A stretch of 64,000 nucleotides of DNA from Camelus dromedarius (taxonomy: Eukaryota), in NCBI RefSeq assembly GCF_036321535.1, contig NC_087436.1, forward strand, positions 7,254,001-7,318,000, written 5' to 3'. Each line of letters opens with the position of its first letter. The stretch's first letter is position 1. This document shows positions 23,781-36,287 of the stretch, one piece after another. The notes under the pieces were generated by a model. That model saw only the letters and a list, made by a program, of their open reading frames with translations. It searched no databases and had not been told where the DNA came from. A program made the position numbers and the translations under genes.

Positions 23781-25944
23781 GAGTTCAAAATCATGAACTG
23801 GGCACAAAAAAACCAAAAAACCAAAAACAAAAAACCCAAAACAACCCCCCCTCCAAAACCCACTGAACTTAAATTTGAATTGCTGAAGAGATTATTGACA
23901 GAAATCCTGAACAACCTCGGGGTAAATTTACATCTTACTTCTGGGTTGGGTGGTGGTTCTTTCAAAGGAAAAGTCAAAACAATGACTGACTGATCTTTGG
24001 TCCTGAAGTTCTGAAGACAGGAACATAGATGGTTGCTATTAACATAGCCTTGGGGAAGAAGGAATAAAGAAACTAATGTTGAATTTCCAATATTGCTCTG
24101 TCTGCACTGATATTCTGGGAAGAAAGAAAAAAAGGGAGGGGACAGTACAAATCTGCATTTCCCCCTATAGAATGCCTCTCTTGCTATTTTCTTTTGGTCT
24201 CAAGGTTTTGGAGAGATCAATACAGATACTTTCCAGGGAAGGAAATAAGACTAGAACATGTACCCTGGTGGAGCTGCTTAGAATATTGAATAGTTTTTGA
24301 CATAACTTGATGCAGAGGTCAGGGATGCTCTCCAAGGAGAGAATTGCTACTATAGTTTGAAGCTCTGGGGGGAAAAGAAACAAAATGAGAGCTGGAAGGA
24401 GAATGAGTGGAGGGTTTTATTCCTCCTTACCTCTAAAGTTCACAAATAGGATGGTGAGTTGAGAATACAGGAGCTCAGAAAGAGCACTTGATTCTGATGA
24501 AAACTGTTTCCCAACCCCATCATCACTACAGCAGAGGGCAATGAAAATGCCTCTGCCTCTACTTTAAATCAAAATTCATTCTTTAGGGTAGTATTTGCTT
24601 TCTTTCCTGCTTGATTTCATGGTTGCACCGCTGACTTGGATTCACAACGGTTACTAAAATACTCACTGCAAAGAGCTGGTGTGAAACGGTCTCGTTTACT
24701 GCTACTCTTTTACTCATCTGGATTAACCTTTCTCCAGAAATCACAGCAGTGTAAACACCCCTCAGCATTAAATAAAAAACAGCAGTGTGCAGGTTTAAAC
24801 GATTGCTTCAGCTTCCTTTCTGGCCCAACGCGTGACTTGTTTTATTTAGCAGTTTCTGCTTCCCCCCGACTGTTTAACAATCATGCACAGCTGAAAGCTT
24901 TGCCTTCACTTTTCCCTTTGTTTAATGAGGCCCAGGGTAAAATACTCACTTCTCCTATTTTTCCCATAAAGGTCAAGGCTTGAATCAGAATCAAATTTGG
25001 AAGGTCAGTGTTCAAATGTTACCGTGTTGGCCTATGTAGTGCCAAGAAAAACCAGAAGACAATTGCATAGAGAGAGGTAAAAATTAAGTCAAGTTTGGTT
25101 GAAAAACTTGTATGTGTTAATGCAACATGGTGGCTGAGGATTTAAACTCATAAAAGTCAACAAAGTCAAAATTATGATCCTCTCAGCTATTGTTATTCGT
25201 TCCTTGCACACACGATAGTATTTTATGTACTGTATTTGCTGTTATATTTATGCCTTTATATAGAATATGCCAAGTTATAGTTTCTAGGGGAAGCATAACT
25301 TTTCATTTCTAACTTTCCTGCATTCTAATTCTTCAGCACAATTAACACTAGCCTTGCTTCACTTTCCCCTCGTTTTATTTCTTAAAGGACAAAAAAAAAA
25401 AAAAAAAAGTTGACCATGTACCTCTCTGTTTTAACTATTCACTGACCTTTGGGACTTATTATGTATTTGTGGGTTAGGTTCAAGTAAACGCAGAAGATTT
25501 CCTTTGTTTGGAAGAAGAGCTCTCTGCAGTTTGCAGATGCTTTCTCAAAATCCAGCCTTTTGTGTGTGTGTGTTGGGGGGGGGGGGCAGCGATGAGCAGA
25601 AGCTTGATGGAGCTCTCCAGGGTCCTGACGCTCTATCCTTGTACCTAGTGTTCACAGCATTGTTTTCTGCTTTATATCTATTTGGCAGATACTGTAAGAT
25701 CTAAAAATAAAAACATATAGTAAACAGCAGAGTAAAGGCCTGTGCAGTTTCAGAGTAAATATTTAAGAGAAAATAACCGGTTTTTACCAGATTGGATATT
25801 GTTCTATTTTCAAAAGAGAAGGTGCTTCAGAATGCTTGGTACAAATAATCTCGATCTGCCTTGACCGAGCTGTGTAATGAACAGGTGCTCAGAGACAAGA
25901 GGTTTGTTCAAAGTCACTTGTAGGCTCTATTTGTTCAGCACCAC

Positions 25945-26390
25945 GTGGCTGGCAGTGGAAGAAGTTTTGGAGTCAGATGAATCTGGACTGAAATCTTGCT
26001 TCTGGTATTTACTAGTGGTTCAATTTGGACAAGTGGCTTAACTTCTCTGAGTCCCGATCCTGTAATTTTTTAAACTGGTAATAGTTGCGCATTCCCATAG
26101 GATTGTGTAAAGATTAACTAAGTAATTTAAATCATCTATTGCATGACAAGTTCTCGTAAATGCATAGCAGAGTGATTAGAAGCAAGGGTACTGACACCAG
26201 ACTGCTGGGTTTGTATTCAGGCTATGCCAGTCACCTGTGTGATCTTGGACACACAAGTTAGTTGGTCTCTTGTTTCACTCTTCTTATTTATAAAATAGAG
26301 ATAATCATGAAATTCTTGTGAAAATTAAATGAGTTATTTTATGTAAATTTCTTAAGACAGTGCACAGCATATGTTAAGTACTCTACCTGT
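25945..26390 (+). mobile_element. Two tandem MIR relics
   Basis: ttggacaagtggcttaacttctctgagtc and tgtgtgatcttggac...aaattaaatgagtt MIR cores. Confidence 0.6.
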
Positions 26391-27221
26391 CAACTAGTAA
26401 TACCATTGTTCCATTCTAGGTATTTCATGTCCTATTAACCCACAATCAAAAGTAACTTGAGAGATTTATCCCTTACTAAATATTTTGCAAATTTTGCAAA
26501 TTACCTAGCTTGTTTTCCACCATTTAGAATTTCCCTGTATGTTAAATAATTCACTTTCAACTTATTTCTAATACCTGATAAAACTGATGGGTATTAACAA
26601 AAGTGAACTTTGCATAGTTAGCATTTATAGCCAGCTTAGGTATGGTGCCACTAGTCACCATTACTGCACATTTTTCTTTTTATACTTTTCAGAAACTATT
26701 AAACCTTTTAGAGTCAATTGTTTTAACTTATTTGAATTATGACTTTGCACAAATTACTCTTGAAATAAGTGGCCCAAATTTCACATAAATTATGTTGATC
26801 TTTCAAATACATTGTTATTCCCTTATGAATAATACAGATATGTTCTTTGTCACATTCACTATACCTTACAAATATCTCTCCCTTCTTTGTCTTTGGTTTT
26901 GCAACTACAACCAATACTTACTCTTTGTTTTAAGCACAATTTCTTCACTTTCCAAATTTATCTCTCTTAGTATTTGCCTTCCCCTAGGTCTCAAATATGC
27001 AAATTGTTCATTTCTGCATGGTTATGAAGCATTGTGGTTTCCTGGGAGAAAATATACCTGGAAGCCAAGAAATTGTTTTCATTTTTTGTTTGTTATTTTA
27101 TTTAAAAAATATTTACTGAACCCCTATTTTATGCCAGAGACTAAGGGTACATGTGTTAGTCCCTGGGATGAAGTAAAGAACAATGATCCTAACCCTTGTA
27201 TGATACCATTAAAATATGTAA

Positions 27222-27755
27222 CAGTGCTCTTGTATCATATATCTACATCAGTATAATATATGCCAAATATATAATTTAAAGTTTTTTTGTATCCATATAA
27301 AAAAATAAAAAAAGGTACAATTAATTTTGATAATACATTTTATTTAACTCAATACATCCATAATTTTATCATTTTAACATACAATTTATATAAAAATTAT
27401 TGATGGGATGTTTTACATTCTTTTTGTATGCTAAATCAAAAAAGTTTTAGCTTTATTGAGGTATAATTGACAAAATTGTAAGAGATTTGAAATGTACAAC
27501 GTGATGATTTGATATATGTGAAAATTGTGAAAGGACTCCCCCACATTGAGTTATTAAAACACATCCACCACCTCATATAAATTAAAACACATCCACCATC
27601 TCATCTATTTACCTTTTTTTCCCTTTCTTGTGTGAATGCATACTGTGTCTTTAAAATCTAATGTTTGTTTTACATTTAGGGCACATCCCAACTCTGCTTG
27701 GCCATATTTCTACTGCTCAGTAGACACGCGTTGGCTACCACAGTGAAAAGCACAG
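27222..27755 (+). mobile_element. MER33-like hAT-Charlie element interrupted by an L1MA-type 3' end (~27435-27640, minus)
   Basis: attaattttgataatacattttatttaactcaatac...ttttacatttagggcacatcccaac...ggctaccac; insert begins agctttattgaggtataattgac. Confidence 0.7.
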
Positions 27756-28611
27756 GCTCCTTTAAGACAGGAGGTTCGTATCAAACACTGTAGCACGATG
27801 TGGGATTAAGTAACATCTATGCAATATAGGGACTTCCCTCTACTCTCAGGAAAATGATTTTGGATATTTCCTCTAAATCAGTGCATGCTGGTATTCCCAA
27901 CATAGCAATTAGCATTAAAAAGAAATTGTGCAAATCAGTGATTTTGTGTGAAGATGTTACAATTAATTAATAAATGATAAAGGCCATTTATAGTTGAGAT
28001 AGTCTTGGGGACTGATACATTATTACCTCTGATGAAATTTTTTCGCTGGATTTTAAAAAATGACTGGAGTTTAGATTTTAGGGTAGCATAAATTGAATTG
28101 GAAGTAAATTCCTGGAGTCTAAATTGTGATGGCATATTTTTTTTTCTTAATGAAGGTAACGTAGAAACACAGAAGATCAAAGATAAGTATATACAGGCAG
28201 GAGACATTGGCAATGAAAGACGGTTTATCTTCAAGACACATTTTCAAGTAATCCAGAGGAGCTCTGAAATTCACCTACAAAAGCTCCATAATAATGGCTT
28301 GAACAGCGCTACACAGGAGCCCTGAAGGTGTTTCGGAACACTGGTTAGAATATTATCTTGTATTTCAACGTGAATCCTGGTTCCCATGGAAATCTAGACG
28401 TGTGTCCTGCAAGTCAGACATTTTAAAATCTTAGAAAGTTTTTAAATCTTTAACCCCCACCCTCCCACCCCCCAAAAAGGAAAATGGAAAGTCTGAAAAA
28501 AAAAAAAAAGCCAGTGATCTCAAGGGAGGCCAAGATAACATGCATTGAAACAAAATAAACTTTTCTATTAGCTTATTTTCTGCTCGGAGTAGTTACCCAA
28601 TATTTCATTTT

Positions 28612-28793
28612 TAAAAAAAAATTATTTCTTTATTGAAGTGTAGTTGACTTACAATGTTAGTTTCAGGTGTACAGCACACTGATTCAGTTATACATATGCA
28701 TATATATATTTCATATTCTTTTCCACTATAGCTTATTACAAGAAAGTGAGTATAGTTTAAATAGTAGGTCCTTATTATCTATTTTATACATAG
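28612..28793 (-). mobile_element. Short young L1 3' end
   Basis: TSD tacccaatatttcatt (28594-28609) / tacccaatattttcatt (28794-28810). Confidence 0.85.
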
Positions 28794-29564
28794 TACCCAA
28801 TATTTTCATTGTTGCTTCTTTATGCAGAAAATAAGGATAAAAAAGCAACTTCAATGAAATTTTAAGTTACTTAGCTGTCTCATCTTTACTATAATGTTTT
28901 TCTTCAAATTGAAAGGAGAGTGACCTCTTATTTCCCTAATTTGCTAGTGCTGTCATATATCTACCTTGATTGCAGTCACAGAGCTAGTTGACTTTGTGTC
29001 TGTGTATCTATAAGCTGGTTTTGACATCAGCAGAAGGAAATGAGTAGCAATCGTCACCCTGAGTTCCTTTGTAGGACACCAAATGCTCCGTTTTCTTCAT
29101 TGATGGTGGTAACTGTTCTCCACTGTGGTGTAAGGGAAGGAACTTGTCCCTAAAGGGTGTAAGAAAGTAGCTATACTTTTTTTTTAAAAAAAGACTTTTT
29201 TACCGTTGACGGGAGGGGAGATATACTAAAACTTCCTTGGGGAAAAGTGTGCTGTAAATCCGTGGTGAGGAAGGTAGTGATCTGGGGGGGGAGAAGCTCT
29301 TAAACCATCATTTTCACTCTGGTCATTACCCATAAGAAAGGTGAAATAAAAAGAAGAGAAAGCTGAGTGAAAATTAACTTTAAGTCATAGAAACTGACAA
29401 GCAGCTTCTGTGATTTAGAGTCAAGTCCTGTCAAGTCTGGTGTGGAAATAAGAAACATGGCGGCAGGCATTTTTATGTTGCTGTAACTGGACAAGTGACG
29501 ATGATGATTTCCTGCAGGTGATGCTAATGACAGCAAACCAAAGTCAAACTGTGAGCTGGAAGGG

Positions 29565-29603
29565 AAAAAAAAAAAAAAAAAAAAAAAAAAGAAGAAGAAG
29601 AAG
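29565..29603 (+). repeat. A26 homopolymer followed by (GAA)4
   Basis: Read directly from the sequence. Confidence 0.9.
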
Positions 29604-30675
29604 GGCGAAGGAATATACTGTGCCCAGGTTGAGTGTATGAGGAAAAAGATTTTGTATCAGAGGGAAAATGTTTTGTGGCCAGAAAAATGTAAATGTGGAG
29701 AGTTAAGCTCTCTGGCTGAGTTTTTCTTTTTAACAGTCTCTCTCTTGTGTAGTTAAATGTGTTATGTCTCACTAAATGCACTCCTGGCTTGCCCTGCATT
29801 GCCATTGCAGGAGGCATTTAAAAACAATCTATTTTCAATTATGATAAAATATATCTTGCAGTCCTGTTGGACTGGAGATAATTTTACATTTCAAAAATAG
29901 CCATGCAGTTTGGTGATAATTTTTTAGTAGTAATTAGGGTCACATTTTATTTCCCACCCTTCGTCTCTGGGCCCTACCCAGTATTGACATAATCACGCAC
30001 CTGCCTCATTCACATTTCTCTTTGCTGCCAACTCTTGCCTCTTCTGGCCCATCCCGCCTCTTCTGCGTCTTAACCTTGGGGAACAGTCCATGGCTCTTTG
30101 TGTTAGGACTGAAGATTTTTCCTCTGACCAATAACTAAAGAACTTCCATGTTTAAACAAACAAACAAACAAACACAAAACTTAAAAATCAGCCTCAAAGA
30201 AAACAAAAGAAAAAAACTATGAATATTTAATTTCACATCAAGTTTTAAATCTGACATTAAAAAATTCTTTTGTTTTATGTCCCCAATTTTCTAAGTGGTT
30301 CCATTTAAGATGTTCTATCCCAGGGTCAGACCATATGTTAGGAAAGACCTCCCTATGTGGAAAAATACAGTAATTATGACCCAAGAAGGTCTACAACTTG
30401 ATATTGAGGGGGTTCTGGGCTAACTCCATCTAGACCTTGGGCAAGGACTGTGAGTCTTTACCTATATTTTCTAGGGAAGTTACCCAGTAATGTCTCATTC
30501 TAAGAGAACAAGGCATGAGTGCTGACAAGCCTTTAGAATTCTGCAGAAAGGAGGATTTCCATGAGCAACTCTCACAGTTGTTTTCAGAAGGGCATTCCTG
30601 AATTTTTTCTCAAAAAATAATTTTGATTATCTTTGTTCCATTGTGATAAGAGTTAAAGAGACTTTTATTGATTAA

Positions 30676-31385
30676 AAAAATTTTTTTAATTGAAGTATAG
30701 TTGGTTTACAATGTTGTGTTAATTTCTGGTTTACAACATAGTGATGTAGTTATATATATGTTTTATGTCTGTTTCTTTGGGGGGAGGTAATTAGGTTTAT
30801 TTATTTATTTATTTTTAATTTTAAATTTATTTTGGGGGGGAGGTAATTAAGTTTTTTTTTTTTTTGATATAGGTACTGGGGATTGAACTTAAGAACTTGT
30901 GCATGCTAAGCACACACTCTACCACTGAGCTATGCCTTCTCCCTTAGTTTTATATATTTTATATATTCTTTTTCATATTATTTTCATTATAGGCTATTAC
31001 AAGGTACTGAGTATTAGGTGGGACCTGTATATTCAGGTGCTAATACAGTGGGACCTTGTTGTTTACCTATTTTGTATACAGTAGTTAGTATCTTCAAATT
31101 CCTAAACTCTCAATTTATCTCTCCCCACCCCCATTCTCCTCTAGTAACCATGAGTTTGTTTTCTATATCTGTAAGTCTGTTTCTGTTTTGTAAATAAGTT
31201 CATTTGTCTCATTTTTTTAGATTCCACATATAAATGATATCTTACGGCATTTTTCTTTCTCTTTCTGGCTTACTTCACTTAGAATGGCAATCTCCAGGTC
31301 CATCCATGTTGCTGCAAATGACATTATTTTATTCTTTTTTATGGCTGAGTAGTATTCCATTGAATGTATGTGCCACAACTTCTTT
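30676..31385 (-). mobile_element. Young L1 3' end containing a SINE
   Basis: ttttaattgaagtatag... tail; minus reading KKLWHIHSMEYYSAIKKNKIMSFAATWMDLE (ORF2 end). Confidence 0.85.
30764..30943 (-). mobile_element. Vic-1-like SINE with duplicated tail motif
   Basis: aggtactggggattgaac...ctctaccactgagcta; ggggaggtaatta occurs twice (~30781, ~30837); approximate TSD tagtt(a/t)tatatat. Confidence 0.85.
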
Positions 31386-31392
31386 TCTGCGT

Positions 31393-31735
31393 TCCCATCA
31401 ACAGATGAATGGATAAAGAAGACATATATACGTATATATATATATGTGTGTGTATGTATATATATAAACATATAATGGAATACTACTCAACTATAAAAAA
31501 AAGAATGAAATTTGCCATTTATAGGAACATGGATGGATTTGGAGGGCATTATACTGAGTGAAATAAGTCAGACAGAGAAAGACACATACTGTATGATGTC
31601 ACTTATATGTGGAATCTAAAAACACAACAAAGAAGTGAATATAACACCAAAGAAGCGCACCCAGACATAGGGAACAAACTAGTGGTTACTGATGGGGAGA
31701 GGGAAGGTGGGGGAAGCACAATATAGGGGAAGGCA
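31393..31735 (+). mobile_element. L1 3' fragment of a different, older subfamily, head-to-head with the previous L1
   Basis: cccatcaacagatgaatggataaagaag...aatggaatactactca...gtgaaataagtcagacagagaaagac. Confidence 0.8.
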
Positions 31736-34700
31736 AAATTAATAAAATTTAGCATAGCGATGGTTTTGTGTATCTGTGAATATACTAAGAACCCTGAATT
31801 GCTCACTCTAAATGAGTGAATTAAATATGTGTGTTAAAAATTCTCCACAGATGTCTAGTACTTCTATGGTCACTTCCTAGCTTTAGAACCCCCCACCCCC
31901 ACCCCCACATACAAACAAACCCCCCCCCCCGCTCATCCTGAAGGTGGCCAACGTGTGACGATCAAAAGGAAATAGACATAATCGAAACAGACACTCCTGC
32001 TTGTCTCTGAGCGGTTTCTCCTTGAATCTGCTCTCTGAGGTGATCTGGCCCTTTGCCTGCTTTCCTCACCCACTGCTCCTGAAGTGGAAGGCAGGTGAAG
32101 TTGAGAAAGATGTTATGCAGGTTATAATTGAGGATAATGTCTCCCTCCTGCCCACGGATATTACTAAAACGGGAATGTAGTATTAGTTTGTGCAGAGAGG
32201 TAGGAAGCAATTGGAGGCACATCCGCTGTAGAACAGATCTGATATCATTAACTTTAAGGTTAAATGCCTTCTCAGTGAGTTACCTGTGTGAGTAAATTAA
32301 ATCAAACATTTAATGTTAGCTATGCAGGTTACTTCATTTATGAAGGTTAAATAGCTGAATTTCAATATAATTTTTTAGCTTTGTGACGGCTGAGATGTAG
32401 AAAGAGTTACCTTTTCTCTATACTCTTCTAAATTGCTTCAGGAAAGCATCTTTGCATATTAATAACTTATTTTCTCACCTTTTCAATGTGCTAATGAAAT
32501 GTCTGTGGGGGGCAAGTAATATAAATAAGCTACTTATTTGATTAGCTAAAAAAATACAAAGCAAAAAAGTGATAATCTTTCTTGGTAACTATGAAACATA
32601 GTCGGTAAAGGAAACCCTCCATACTGATTGCCTAAAGAATACCAAAAAGATTAAAACATTTTTTTTCCCTAAAAAATAAAGAGACTTTTTTCACATCTTG
32701 GGATACTATTTCTTTTCTTCAACGTCAAAGATTTACGTTAAGATTGCCCAGCCATTATGAAATAGATGATACACTGCTGTCTCAAGTTGCCGTCTTTATT
32801 TTAGCAGAGTTACACTTTGCTAAGACCGCATTTCATGAAATGCAGAGATCTCTTTCTGGCAGAGATTTCTAGTTTTCAATAAGAAAAGTGAAATGTCATC
32901 ACAGTCCGCCAAATCAGTCCACCTGTATGGTCTCTCTGAGTGAAATGCCAATGGCTTACTGAGATCGTTTGTACGGGGAGGGCAATTTCGGTGGCACCTG
33001 GAGAAAGAGGGTTCCCTTTTTACCACTGAGTGTGTGTTGAGCTCTTCCAGTCATTGTTTGCGGTCATTGGCTATTTTTTTCAAAAGGAATCCAGGGAAGG
33101 GGAGAAACAGGAAATGGTGTCCACAGTGTCAGAGAGGTTGGCCTTTTTCCGGCATCTGTCAGGTCAGTAAGGCTAGAGTGTCATTCGGCTTCCAGATAAT
33201 GAGAGAAACAGGAGGGGGAGGAGCCAGTGCGGAAGCTGGTGCAATAGTTCTGGGTGGCCGTGATGGGGCTTGGGCCAGGGCGGAGACAGTGGAGAGAGGA
33301 GCTGAAGCGGGAAGAGTCAAGGCGTGCATTTTAGGCACCAGGGAGCAGGCTGCGGTGATGCTGTGGTTGTGGTCTTGATTGCGTGAAGAACAGGAATAAG
33401 TCTCACTGGCTTATGTCACAGATGAACACACTCACACAAACCCAGTGTCTAGCGTTGGAAAATACTGTCGTATAAACTCCCAGTGAGCATTGTGCTGAGG
33501 CCAGGAAATCTGAGTACAGTATCAGCGATTTATCAACCACAAGCCTTAGCTTTTCAGTGTGAGGTTGGCACCCTATGGTTTTCACCCATCACCACGGGAC
33601 CTACACTTGGGAGTGGCTGACGAATGTCATGGGTCTCCAAGCCAGAGTTTTCCTTGGAGGTTTGCAGAAGAGGGTCAGAGAGATGTAGCTGGTGGGACAG
33701 GAATAATTGTGCAGTATCTCCCACGGTGCAAATGTCACAGCATGAATGTTAATCTGACTGAATATTGCATAGATTCAGGGTTTCTTTCCTGTAAAGCCTG
33801 AAGTTATCTGTAGGGAACCCTAGTATCATGTATAAAACAGATGTCATCCTGTTCCCTGAATTACTTGTACATGGCTTTCAACTACGGGTCTTGAATTTCC
33901 TGCGATTTCAGTGTGTATTTTTCCTTTACTGACTAGCTTTTTTAAGTGAGTGAAACATTTAATTCCTCTACTTTGACCTCCTCAAAGGAAAAGTCCCTTA
34001 AAATACCAAGTTATGACCCCTACAAGGTTCAGCTCAGCAGTCTTTAAATATAGAGCCCAAAGCAAGAATTTATTGTTAAAAAAGAAGAAATGAAACAGAG
34101 TGAGGTCCCTAAATTTACTGCATTAAGATGAGATCTATGTTCCACGGCTCTCTTTTTAAATTTAATGGTTAATCAACTATTAACATTTTCTAGTTATTTT
34201 ATGTTGTGCACTTACTTTATTGCCACATGTTTTAGAATTATAAAATAAGCATATAAATAACTCCTAATGTGAGCAAAAACCTTTTATTAGATTAGCTGAT
34301 GACAGAAACAAGTTATCTTAAAAGGGCAAAGGAGTTCTATGAATTTTATGTGACTTGAGCAGACAGATTTCTGGGTGCAGTTTTTAAGATGCATGATCAT
34401 TATTCCAGCTGAATTTAACTCCTGATTCCCGCTTGTGCAGAGGAAACGAGTAGCAGTAGGACCTTTTTTTGATCTGGAGAGAGAAATATTTTCTCCATTC
34501 CCTCTTTCCAATTTCCTTCCTTAGGAGATTTAAGGCTCGTCAATGGTGAAATCAGTGCCAGATATTTTTCTAATTTGGGTGTAGGAAAAAAAATCTTTAA
34601 ATGTGGTATAACATATATTAATTGAGGCCATATATACGGTCATTTGTCAGTGTTTTGCCTTCTGGCACACCTGAATTTTCATCATTTATGCTAGATCTGC

Positions 34701-34799
34701 TAAGCTGAGTGCCCCTGCTTTGCAGGCATTCAGTGCTTGTCAGTGTGACGTGGATACGCAGGTAGGATAGCTCGTTTTGGTGGCCTGGGACAAGACCTC

Positions 34800-35148
34800 T
34801 TTCTCAGGGAATTAATCCTTAGCTTCTTGCCCACAGATATGGGCCACAACAATCATGTTGATATCGGGTGGTTACTGTTCTTTGCAAAAGCAACTCAGAA
34901 CAGGAGGGCATAGCAAACCAAAGTGGTCAAGTCAGATTCGCTCTTAGAGACAAAAACCAGTCTGTAGAAAACAAAATGGAGAAAGAGAGAGAGAGATGCT
35001 TTGCTTTCTGCTTCCTTTCCAGGTCTTGGGTCTAGTTCATCATGAGGCTTCGTTACACTAAGTCCTCTTAATAAAAAGTCTTCTTTTGTGACTGAGCTAA
35101 TTTGAGTGGATTTCTGTTTCTTACAATCAAAAGAAACTTGACTAAGAC
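34800..35148 (+). mobile_element. MaLR LTR (MLT1-like) relic
   Basis: 3' end aataaa...gagctaatttgagtggatttctgtttcttacaatcaaaagaaacttgactaagaca. Confidence 0.6.
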
Positions 35149-35271
35149 AAAGGGAATGGTGACAGCCCTTTTCTTGGCATCCCTCCTTTCTGAGTAAGTC
35201 AAGTCAAGCATAAAACGATCAGAGGACTGATTGTTCCGGCATTTCAAGGTTATATTAAGGAGTTTTCATAT

Positions 35272-35713
35272 TGAGGATGGTTCTCTCCTTTGACCAGACG
35301 TGAATCAGGGTTCTCTGAGCTCTCATCTAACTAGGCGACCAACTTGGGCTCTGTCCTTGGATGGCTTGGTTCAGTTTCATCAAGAATCCTGTTAAATCAG
35401 TTTATCAAAAATTCCTCACTCTCCATATCTGATCAAATTCCTCACCCGTCACCATGGAGGCTTCATCACTGATCTCAGCAAGAATGTTGAGTCAGTCTGG
35501 GAACTATCCCTCTAGTCTGGGGGTTTCCTCTTAATAATTTTCCATCCACTGGCCCCACCCTGCTTCTTGGCTGTAAGTCCTCCCTGGTCCTAGTTCTATT
35601 CAGAGTGGAACTCAACCTCTGTCCCCATTGCAGGTCTCCCATAGCAGTGGTCCCTCTGCAATAAAGTTTTCCTTACTGTCTTTAATAAGTATCTAAATAA
35701 TTTTTTCTTTACC
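35272..35713 (+). mobile_element. MER31-like ERV1 solo LTR
   Basis: Homologous to 23367-23780 (ttgggctctgtccttgg, caagaatcctg, taattttccatccact, caataaag). Confidence 0.75.
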
Positions 35714-35787
35714 TACATCCCTACATTGAATTTATCTGTCTCAAACTTTCTTATGAAAAGAGTCTCCTAAAAAAAAGAGGTTTCAAC

Positions 35788-36287
35788 TGTGAATGAAAAA
35801 TATTTCAGCCCTATCAGTAAACAAAGGATGCTGTGGGCATCGTCATCAGCCGCTGCCGCCACCCCTGACAGTGAGTGGAGGGAACTCTGGTGCAGACAAG
35901 CAGGCAGCCTGGCTTCTGCTGCCACCCTCAGCTGTGTCCCCTGGGGGAACTCAGGATGGGAAGGAACAGGATTCTAGCCCTAGACAGCCAGATGCACATT
36001 AAAGGAATGATTTCAACGAGCCCAGACGTTTGCACCTTCCCATGCATAGAAAAGCACTAAATTCCTTAACGTGAGATATCTGGTTTTCTTTAACAATAAT
36101 CTTTTGATGTTCCGACTACCTGGCCTTTGTTGCAAAAACTCATAAATCCTGGCTTCTACCTTGCCACTTTGGAGCAGTCCCTCAGAGTCATCTGAGAGGC
36201 TGTCTCCCGGGCTTAAGTCCTCAGAAATACCTGCAAAATAAAACATAACTCTCAACTTTTAGGTTGTGCATTTTATTTCAGTTGACA
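35788..36287 (+). mobile_element. ERV1 solo LTR (family of LTR A)
   Basis: tgtgaatg...gttgaca; perfect TSD caac (35784-35787, 36288-36291). Confidence 0.9.

Noticed and set aside
26792..27256. 154-aa ORF
   Set aside because: Composition reflects AT-rich DNA, it runs into L2/MER33-like relics, and no domain is recognisable.
30676..31735. Twin-priming 5' inversion of one L1
   Set aside because: Both arms cover the same L1 region and look like different subfamilies.
23367..35713. 12-kb provirus bounded by MER31-like LTRs
   Set aside because: The interval holds MIRs, MER33 and unique DNA with no gag/pol remnants, and the left LTR has its own TSD.
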